Positions 17,050-24,026 of a stretch of DNA of 64,000 nucleotides are shown in pieces (position 1 is the stretch's first letter; the number at the start of each line of letters is the position of its first letter). Both the position numbers and the translations under genes were made by a program. Source of the stretch: Candidatus Nomurabacteria bacterium (GTDB lineage Bacteria > Patescibacteriota > Saccharimonadia > Saccharimonadales > Saccharimonadaceae). Under the pieces are notes generated by a model. It ran no database searches. It saw only the letters and a list, made by a program, of their open reading frames with translations, and was not told the origin of the DNA. The stretch spans positions 13,524 to 77,523 of the forward strand of contig JAIRRY010000026.1 of assembly GCA_031255735.1 (NCBI GenBank), read 5' to 3'.

Positions 17050-19041
17050 ATGCCACACCTAATTAAAAAATCATCCGGCCGCATTGTCCATCCGTGGGCA
17101 CGGCAGAATTTAGTGATTCTAGCAGTTTGCTTGCTGGTCATTTCCGCCATGTCAATTAGTTATGCTGTACTTGGCACAACAATTAATATTGGTGGCCAAG
17201 CTTCAATTAAACAAACTGAACCAATCCGCATCACTGCCGTTCAACCATCCAGCTCGCAGCCTGCTTGCGCTTCTGCAACTTATCCCCCAACTTGGAGTGA
17301 TACAGCCTTCCAAGTAGACGGCGCGCTAACTGCTTTAGATTGTAAATTAATTTTTGACTTAAAAATCAAAAACGAAACTAACGACATGGTTTATATAAAA
17401 CAGATCTTGGAAGATTCTTTTAATAACTCTGCCAACATGCAATACTCTTTTTCATTCACACTTAATACGCCCAGTTCAGTCATAGCCGCTCAAAGCGAAC
17501 AGCAATTTTCATTAACTTTGAGCTATAAACCAAGTTTGTCGTCACTACCAGCGCTGACTAGCTTTATGGCCAGTTTTCGTTTAGTGATTGACGTTGTTAC
17601 GCCACCAATTTTAGTGGTCAACAATAGCGCACGCAATTTCGAAATTTTTCGCGGCGAAACTAGCTTCACGCCGGCTAATCTTACTAGTCGTTTATCAGCA
17701 TTAGACGATATAGAGGGTAATATTACAAACCAAATCACCAGAACTTGTAGAAAAGGTAACGTCAATATTGCTTGCCCTTCATCATGGTTAGATTGGGATG
17801 CTGGCAATTACACTATCACGTACAATGTTAGTAATTTATTTGGACTAGCAGCAACTCCAGTTACTATGCACATTGAAAACTGGCAGTTTATCAAAATTGC
17901 TAGTGGCCAATATCACGGCATTGCGCTAGGTTCTAATGGTTCTGTTTGGACGTGGGGGTATAATAACCGTGGTCAACGCGGGATTGGTGTGAACGGTCTT
18001 GCCAATACTATCAACAGCGGATCTCCTTCGCTAATTAGTAAAAATGAGTTTGGTGACCAACGCATTATCGACATCGCCGGCGCTCATAATACATCGTGTG
18101 CTGTGGCGGCCAATGGCCGAGCTTATTGTTGGGGTAGCGATGACGGAGGTGCACTTGGTAACGGTGGTAGTAATGGCGATACTAACTCACCATCGGCTGT
18201 CGCAATGCCAAGTGGCATAACTTTCAAGCAAATCTCTGGTTCACATGGCACAAGCTCGGATGCTACATTTGGTGCGCTAGGCTCGGATGGTAACGTTTAT
18301 ACATGGGGAACTGGTTCTAGCTATCGATTAGGCACCGGTAGCACTAATAATGCAACTACTCCGACCCGAATCACCTCAAGTGGCGATATCGTGCAAGTTT
18401 CGCAAGGTAATATAGGAGGCAGCGCCGTAACTGTGTCAGGTGAGGTTTACGTTTGGGGAGCAAATGGGCAAGGCCAGCTAGCGCGTGGCAATATCACAGC
18501 GTCCAACGCCACCACCAGCAAACCTAGTCTGGTCAGCGGCCTGTCTGGCGTTAAACAAGTGAGCTACGGCGGTTATGGTGGTAGTGGCTTTATTGTTTCT
18601 TGCAAAACCGATGGCACAGCCTACGCTTGGGGTTGGGCATGGGGCGTGAGGGGCAATATCCCATCTACTGAAGTATCAAAACCATTACAAATTGCAGGAC
18701 TGAGTGGTGTTCGCTTTGTGACGGCTGGCGTGGATTACGCTCATTATGTGGTGGGCAACGATGTTTGGAGCGTTGGGTATTCTAACTACGGCGAAACTTT
18801 CACTGGCACAGCCACTCGCATCACTCCTATAAAATCTACTTTAAACAACGTCACCGGTAATGTTGGCACAACAAGTGGCGGATGGGATAATGCCTACATA
18901 CTAAACGCTACTGGTACTATGGTCTACTCCATCGGTTATAATAATGGTAATGATCGCGAACTCGGTAGCTCAATAACATCTACAATATCAACCGGCGCAG
19001 TTGTGCCGTGGACACCGACCATTACAATGTTGGAATGGTAA
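17050..19041 (+). CDS. secreted chimeric protein: TasA-like N-terminal module + Ig-like domain + RCC1-repeat beta-propeller
   Basis: 663 aa. The N-terminal anchor/signal region AVLGTTINIGGQASIKQ parallels AALGANLLVNGTASIQS of ORF 21342-21905. Multiple RCC1-type repeats are present (GQYHGIALGSNGSVWTWGYNNRGQRG, AGAHNTSCAVAANGRAYCWGSDDGGALG, VYVWGANGQGQL). Confidence 0.75.
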   Translation: MPHLIKKSSGRIVHPWARQNLVILAVCLLVISAMSISYAVLGTTINIGGQASIKQTEPIRITAVQPSSSQPACASATYPPTWSDTAFQVDGALTALDCKLIFDLKIKNETNDMVYIKQILEDSFNNSANMQYSFSFTLNTPSSVIAAQSEQQFSLTLSYKPSLSSLPALTSFMASFRLVIDVVTPPILVVNNSARNFEIFRGETSFTPANLTSRLSALDDIEGNITNQITRTCRKGNVNIACPSSWLDWDAGNYTITYNVSNLFGLAATPVTMHIENWQFIKIASGQYHGIALGSNGSVWTWGYNNRGQRGIGVNGLANTINSGSPSLISKNEFGDQRIIDIAGAHNTSCAVAANGRAYCWGSDDGGALGNGGSNGDTNSPSAVAMPSGITFKQISGSHGTSSDATFGALGSDGNVYTWGTGSSYRLGTGSTNNATTPTRITSSGDIVQVSQGNIGGSAVTVSGEVYVWGANGQGQLARGNITASNATTSKPSLVSGLSGVKQVSYGGYGGSGFIVSCKTDGTAYAWGWAWGVRGNIPSTEVSKPLQIAGLSGVRFVTAGVDYAHYVVGNDVWSVGYSNYGETFTGTATRITPIKSTLNNVTGNVGTTSGGWDNAYILNATGTMVYSIGYNNGNDRELGSSITSTISTGAVVPWTPTITMLEW

Positions 19042-19085
19042 GAGTGCGTATTACCTTTTTTATCAGACAATTACTCTTTCCCTGC

Positions 19086-20165
19086 CTACTTTTTGCCTTT
19101 TTGCTGCAAAGATTTCGCCGACAACACATAAGCATAAACCATACCCTGATCTTCAATAGCGAAAACGCTGCGATCGTCGCCAATCCTAAGATGCAAAATT
19201 GGTTGCTGTATAGTATCACGTGCGTCTAATAATTCATTAAAGTCAGTAACTTCAATCAGCTTGTCACGCGATGTTTGTGGCATGTGCTCAACGTTAACTA
19301 TTATCTGATTATACTCATGTAAAATGTGGCCTAATGTCTTCTCATAAGTGGTTCGCTTGGCCTTACGTCGAACAAGTATGGTGATAGATAGCGCCAGCAC
19401 GATTAGAAATACTAAGCCGCTAACACCAGCAGCAATCACAAATAGCAAGTTTTTAGACAGGTCGCGGACTTTTTCCTCAATAGTGCCATCACGATTCAAT
19501 TGATCAGATTCAACCATGATATTAATAGTTCGCTCCGACAACGGAATTTTCAGAGCAACAGCTTGCCTAGTTTCAATCGGTTGAGAAAAGCCGTCATAGG
19601 TTGCTCGCACTTTGACATTTAAAACCACATCAACACTGGCTTCAATCGTTAGCCCATAATCTGAGCGAAAGGCGTTTACTAAATTATTATATTTGCCATA
19701 GTCAACATCAATATTTTCGTGAATACTAAAGCCCCGACCAGATTGGTTCTGAATAGTTCGGCTAGGCTTCAAAACCTCTTCATCTTCGTACAGAATTTTC
19801 TTAGAATCGTTCGGTTCTGTGGCAAGCAGTTTCGCTACTATATCGTAAGTATATTCATACTCTACAGAGTCATCAGCTTGGAAACTATAATTCAATTCGG
19901 CTTTTAAACTATCAATTAGGGATGCAACGTATTGTTTTTTCGAAGGTTGGCACGACTCGGTAAAATAGCTATTTGGCTTTAAACAGACTTGGTAATCAAT
20001 ATTGCCGCTCTCGTGATAAGCAAGCGTACGCGCATCAACATTTAATACCAAAACTGCGAAAGAATAAGCAAAGACAGCAACAGAGACTGCCAATATAATC
20101 ACCCTGGAAACGAAATGACCATCTTTGTTGCTTTCTTTAGTATGTGCTTGTGCTAGGCTTTTCAT
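19086..20165 (-). CDS. 2-TM membrane protein of the SipW operon (possibly DUF5305-like)
   Basis: The ORF track gives 19086-20219. I prefer the ATG at 20165 (MKSLAQ...), which overlaps the upstream TGA by 1 nt and suggests translational coupling. One TM lies near the N-terminus, followed by an extracytoplasmic domain of about 220 aa, a second TM and a cytoplasmic tail. The DUF5305 assignment is from memory of that architecture and its frequent SipW neighbourhood. Confidence 0.55.
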   Translation of the reverse strand: MKSLAQAHTKESNKDGHFVSRVIILAVSVAVFAYSFAVLVLNVDARTLAYHESGNIDYQVCLKPNSYFTESCQPSKKQYVASLIDSLKAELNYSFQADDSVEYEYTYDIVAKLLATEPNDSKKILYEDEEVLKPSRTIQNQSGRGFSIHENIDVDYGKYNNLVNAFRSDYGLTIEASVDVVLNVKVRATYDGFSQPIETRQAVALKIPLSERTINIMVESDQLNRDGTIEEKVRDLSKNLLFVIAAGVSGLVFLIVLALSITILVRRKAKRTTYEKTLGHILHEYNQIIVNVEHMPQTSRDKLIEVTDFNELLDARDTIQQPILHLRIGDDRSVFAIEDQGMVYAYVLSAKSLQQKGKK

Positions 20166-21316
20166 CACAACGCCCTGTCCAGCCAAATAGTTGGCCAACC
20201 AATCAAAGGAATCTTCCACCGAACGACGCCGACCAAATCGTCCTCACGCACTACCCATGCGTCGTTGGCACTGTTATTATCGCCTTTAGTCTGGATTTGC
20301 AAACCGCTAACGCTATTTTTTGTCTCGACTAAACGATGTGTAACTATTTTACCATCATGCCGAAAAGCGACTACCGAACCAAGCTGGATATCTCGTGCCG
20401 CGCCGTAAGTTTTGTCAATAATCACTACATCACCAGTGTTGATTCCGGGTCGCATTGAATCAGAACCGATCGCCATCGCCCAATAACGAAAAACGCCCGA
20501 TACCAATACGACCACTACTACTAATCCGACCATAATAGGCGCCGTAGCCAGAATTTGGCCTGAGCGCTTGTGGCGCCCAGGAATAGGTCGCTTAGTGACA
20601 AAGAATTCATTAAAACGCATAAGTAATAATGTAGGTAGCAAAATAGCCAATATTGAATAAATAAACGGGCCTAGGTCTGGAATTATCGGCGCTACAATCG
20701 GATAAATCGCCATGATCAGCGCGTAAGTTACGGCTGGGCGCCAATCAGATTTATATGACACGAAAGTTAGCATGACGTTCATTGCAATACCACCGAGCAC
20801 CAAACGTCCAACCATTTCGAATATCTCCAGTGGCGCGCCAAGACGGTAAGTTTGTAAACCAACTAAGATAGTAAGTACGCTAAACGCTAGCATCACACCA
20901 ACTAACGTCATTTTATGATTGCCGATTCGTTTTACTAGGGCATAACGCCACAACTCTGTCAGTAACGTCACGCCCGCAACTGGCAATACATTATAGACAA
21001 TCATCAACGGTTCTAAGCTATAGCCATTCCGTAAAAATCCTGTAATCAACCCTAACAGATAAATGAGCACCATATAAAGCAAGATGTAGACTACCACTAT
21101 TTGCGTAGCCTGACCACCGTCAACGCTTCGCCGCAAACGAAACCCAACCACCAACCAAGTTACTACCAAGCAGGCTGCTAGAAATCCTAAATACCACAAG
21201 CTCGATGGGTGAAATACTTTATACACAAAAGTGCAAATCGTAACTACAAACAACGCTAACAGCAGCAACAGTGTTACCTTCACCAAGTTAACTTTTGACG
21301 TGCCACCCTTACTCAC
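20165..21316 (-). CDS. polytopic membrane domain fused to SipW/Sec11-type (S26B) signal peptidase I
   Basis: 383 aa. The N-terminal 250 aa or so contain about 7-8 predicted TM helices. The C-terminus carries the ER/archaeal-type motifs GSDSMRPGINTGDVVII (Ser), KIVTHRLVE (His) and TKGDNNSANDAW. Confidence 0.8.
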   Translation of the reverse strand: MSKGGTSKVNLVKVTLLLLLALFVVTICTFVYKVFHPSSLWYLGFLAACLVVTWLVVGFRLRRSVDGGQATQIVVVYILLYMVLIYLLGLITGFLRNGYSLEPLMIVYNVLPVAGVTLLTELWRYALVKRIGNHKMTLVGVMLAFSVLTILVGLQTYRLGAPLEIFEMVGRLVLGGIAMNVMLTFVSYKSDWRPAVTYALIMAIYPIVAPIIPDLGPFIYSILAILLPTLLLMRFNEFFVTKRPIPGRHKRSGQILATAPIMVGLVVVVVLVSGVFRYWAMAIGSDSMRPGINTGDVVIIDKTYGAARDIQLGSVVAFRHDGKIVTHRLVETKNSVSGLQIQTKGDNNSANDAWVVREDDLVGVVRWKIPLIGWPTIWLDRAL

Positions 21317-21341
21317 GGTGCTTAGTTTTCCCCGTATTCAA

Positions 21342-21905
21342 TTATTGATTGGCTTGCTCATAAGGCACAGCAATACTATAAGTCAAATTATTGATGCCGC
21401 TCGACACCGTTTGTCCTGTATATGTGAAAACCAACTTATAGCCTTTACTGCTGGCCGCCGACAATATATCTCCCTGAGCCGGCGCGCTATTATCATCGTA
21501 AGTTAACGTAGTCGTTATATTATTACTGGATAAGTTATTGATAGTTGGAGCAATTACACCCAATTTAGCGTTCAAAGAGCCTGTGTTAGTTGCCGTGAAG
21601 GTGCAGCTTACAGTATCGCCCCCGGTCTTAAATGACGGCGATATAGTAATCGTATCATTTGCTGAGCTAGATTGACTTACCACTGGTGTTGAGACCGTTG
21701 CCTCACCAGTAGCCGTGCAGGCTGGTGCCGGACTAGTAGTTTCCCAGTGCACCGACCAAGAGGCCGACTGAATACTTGCCGTACCATTAACCAGTAGATT
21801 CGCGCCTAATGCTGCGAACGCTACGCCTAAGCTCAAAACACCGACCACTAAAGAAGCGATCGCGATCATGCGCGTTTTTTTATGATGCTGATTAACTTTA
21901 ACCAT
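21342..21905 (-). CDS. TasA/camelysin-like secreted protein with SipW-type signal peptide
   Basis: 187 aa. The N-terminus is KKTRMIAIASLVVGVLSLGVAFAALGANLLVNGTA. The mature part is Thr/Ser-rich beta-type sequence with FTATNTGSLNAKL. It is the first gene of the SipW operon. Confidence 0.55.
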   Translation of the reverse strand: MVKVNQHHKKTRMIAIASLVVGVLSLGVAFAALGANLLVNGTASIQSASWSVHWETTSPAPACTATGEATVSTPVVSQSSSANDTITISPSFKTGGDTVSCTFTATNTGSLNAKLGVIAPTINNLSSNNITTTLTYDDNSAPAQGDILSAASSKGYKLVFTYTGQTVSSGINNLTYSIAVPYEQANQ

Positions 21906-22054
21906 GTGATTTACTCCATGTTTACTGTTAGTATTATAAAGTAATCATAACATGATGATAAGCATATTGGCAAAGCTTATTTAAAGTTATAATTTTATTG
22001 AAGCAGCTTATTTCCAGCGTTAACACCTTATTTTTCAAGATCGCGCCCAACATA

Positions 22055-22078
22055 ATAAAAACGACCCTAAAAGGTCGT
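22055..22078 (-). terminator. intrinsic terminator after tRNA-Pro(UGG)
   Basis: The minus strand reads ACGACC-UUUUAG-GGUCGU-UUUUAUU, starting 11 nt after the CCA end. Confidence 0.65.
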
Positions 22079-22089
22079 TGTATTTTGAA

Positions 22090-22167
22090 TGGTCGGGGTG
22101 AGAGGACTTGAACCTCCGGCCTCTGCGTCCCAAACGCAGCGCGCTAATCCAACTGCGCCACACCCCG
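22090..22167 (-). tRNA. tRNA-Pro (anticodon UGG)
   Basis: Reverse complement CGGGGUG...CUGCG-UUUGGGA-CGCAG...GGUUCAAGUCC...CACCCCGACCA. The cloverleaf is regular. Confidence 0.9.
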
Positions 22168-22275
22168 AAATGGTGTCTCGGCTCGGAGTTTAGTATATCA
22201 AAAAGGAACACTAAACACAACGGAGCTAACCGACTGATTACATATTAGCATAAGTTAATTAAAAAGTCAATAGTT

Positions 22276-22352
22276 TGGTCGGGGCAGCGAGATTTGAACT
22301 CACGACCTCACGGCCCCCAGCCGTGCGCGCTACCAGGCTGCGCCATGCCCCG
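22276..22352 (-). tRNA. tRNA-Pro (anticodon GGG)
   Basis: Reverse complement CGGGGCA...CACGG-CUGGGGG-CCGUG...GUUCAAAUCUC...UGCCCCGACCA. Confidence 0.9.
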
Positions 22353-22363
22353 CAAATACGCTT

Positions 22364-22402
22364 CGCTCGTTGAGACAAACCTACGGTTTGTCTCAACGAG
22401 CG
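22364..22402. promoter_or_regulatory. perfect 17-bp inverted repeat, part of a module repeated at 51216-51310
   Basis: CGCTCGTTGAGACAAAC-CTACG-GTTTGTCTCAACGAGCG. It is followed by GCTCTTTTCCCTT and TGTTATAAT (22451-22459), upstream of ORF 22500. Confidence 0.5.
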
Positions 22403-22499
22403 AGCAACTGGTAAAGCCAGTTCGTCCGTCTGCTCTTTTCCCTTCTGGGCTGTTATAATTAATTCTATCGAATTAATGTAACATTGGGTCGCCTCGGTC

Positions 22500-24026
22500 A
22501 TGAGAATAAAATTCTCGTGGCTCTCATCTCGCCAATGTTATAATCATAACATGTTTAAAGACTTTATTAGAAATCACCTGTTTATGTTTAGTATAATTGG
22601 CGCAGTCGTAGCGGCATCTTTACTGTGCCTGTGGCTGGCTACTGGCCAACAACTTTGGTTCGATGAATCGTACTCGGTGGTGATAGCCAAAAAATCACTA
22701 GGTGACATCATCAGCCTTACTGCCGTAGACGCTCATCCACCGTTTTTTTACACCTTGCTGCATTTTTGGGGCGCGTTGGTCGGCTGGAACGAGCTGGGGC
22801 TACGCGCACTAAGCGTTATTTTTTACGCCGCATCAATTGGCCTAATACTGCTACTAATTAGCAAGCTTTTTTCCAAAAAAACTGCTATCTATTCTGCGCC
22901 CGTTCTAGCCCTTGCGCCGTTTATTATGCGTTACGGCTTTGAAGTGCGCATGTATAGCCTAGCCTCGCTGATAGTTGTAGGTTCGGCTTTCGCGCTTTAC
23001 TACGCCATGAAAACTAACAAAAACCGCTACTGGATCATCTACGGACTACTGGTAGCACTTGGTGTCTGGACGCTGTATATGACATTTATCGTATTCTTGG
23101 CGCAGCTTATCATTCTAGTTATGCACACGCTCAAAAAGCGCGGTAAATGGTTTAAGCAAAAGTGGGTCCTCGCCTACTTTGGGGCAGTTTTACTTTACTT
23201 GCCGTGGATACCGAATGCTCTGCACCAGATGAGCGGCGGGGCGCTGAGCGGCGCTAACGTTACGTTTGGCTTCAGCCAATTACTTAATGTATTTTCGTTC
23301 GGCCTGATATATGAACCCAGCAACCAGTGCGATGTTATCTATTGGATTTTGCTAGCTTCAATACTGCTGGCAACCGCTGTGCTAATAAGAAATGTGCTTA
23401 GGAAAAAGAATACCGACGCCAAAAACTTGTGGTTTTTGATGCTACACTTTGCGCTACCGCTCGCCATCTTCATGATCATCGCTTCACCGATTTTCGGTTG
23501 GAAAATTTACCTTGAACGCTACTTGGCGCAATTTATCATTTTCGGTTATGCCAGCCTGGCCGTAGTTTTTGCGTCGAACATTTTTGCCAACAAAAAGCCA
23601 ATTTACAGCGCTTATTTTGCGGTGCTAATTGTACTGTTAATTGGCGTAGCCAACCTATCCCAAACTGGCAATTTTAACTACCAGCGAATGGATAAACCTG
23701 CCAACCACGACATTGCTAATATCGTGAGTAAATATTGCAAACAGTCGATTGTGGTAGACGACCTTTATTTTTATATTGAGCTTGCGCCGTACATGAGCAG
23801 CGATTGCAACTACTACTTTTCGTCGCCTGGCGAAGTTGATTTTGTGGGTGGCTATGCGCCGCTGCATGCTTCCAACAGACGCATCGCAAAACCAAGTGAG
23901 ATTAACACAAAGCAATTAGTTGTAGTAGATGTAAAACCTAAGGCCAATTTTAAACCGAGCGCGGCATACAAGAAAATCTCCGAAAAAGAGATGACTTGGC
24001 GCAGGTTTACTGTTTATTCTCGCTGA
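22500..24026 (+). CDS. GT39/ArnT-like (PMT_2-type) membrane glycosyltransferase
   Basis: 508 aa, polytopic. The first-loop motif is WFDESYSVVIAKK...DAHPPFFY, typical of the dolichyl/undecaprenyl-phosphate-sugar transferase family. The start is uncertain, and the ATG at 22551 is an alternative. Confidence 0.7.
   Translation: MRIKFSWLSSRQCYNHNMFKDFIRNHLFMFSIIGAVVAASLLCLWLATGQQLWFDESYSVVIAKKSLGDIISLTAVDAHPPFFYTLLHFWGALVGWNELGLRALSVIFYAASIGLILLLISKLFSKKTAIYSAPVLALAPFIMRYGFEVRMYSLASLIVVGSAFALYYAMKTNKNRYWIIYGLLVALGVWTLYMTFIVFLAQLIILVMHTLKKRGKWFKQKWVLAYFGAVLLYLPWIPNALHQMSGGALSGANVTFGFSQLLNVFSFGLIYEPSNQCDVIYWILLASILLATAVLIRNVLRKKNTDAKNLWFLMLHFALPLAIFMIIASPIFGWKIYLERYLAQFIIFGYASLAVVFASNIFANKKPIYSAYFAVLIVLLIGVANLSQTGNFNYQRMDKPANHDIANIVSKYCKQSIVVDDLYFYIELAPYMSSDCNYYFSSPGEVDFVGGYAPLHASNRRIAKPSEINTKQLVVVDVKPKANFKPSAAYKKISEKEMTWRRFTVYSR

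Noticed and set aside
17050-21905. Diversity-generating retroelement or other hypervariation system acting on the surface-protein genes
   Set aside because: No reverse transcriptase ORF is present, and I could not spot a template/variable repeat pair with adenine-specific mismatches.
22090-22352. Clustering of Pro isoacceptor tRNAs (with 14504-14580) as a sign of a tRNA array or pseudo-tRNAs
   Set aside because: All three fold into regular cloverleaves with distinct anticodons (CGG, UGG, GGG) and their own terminators. This is a normal complete Pro set. Only the extra 3'-end fragment at 14418-14436 is anomalous, and it is reported separately.
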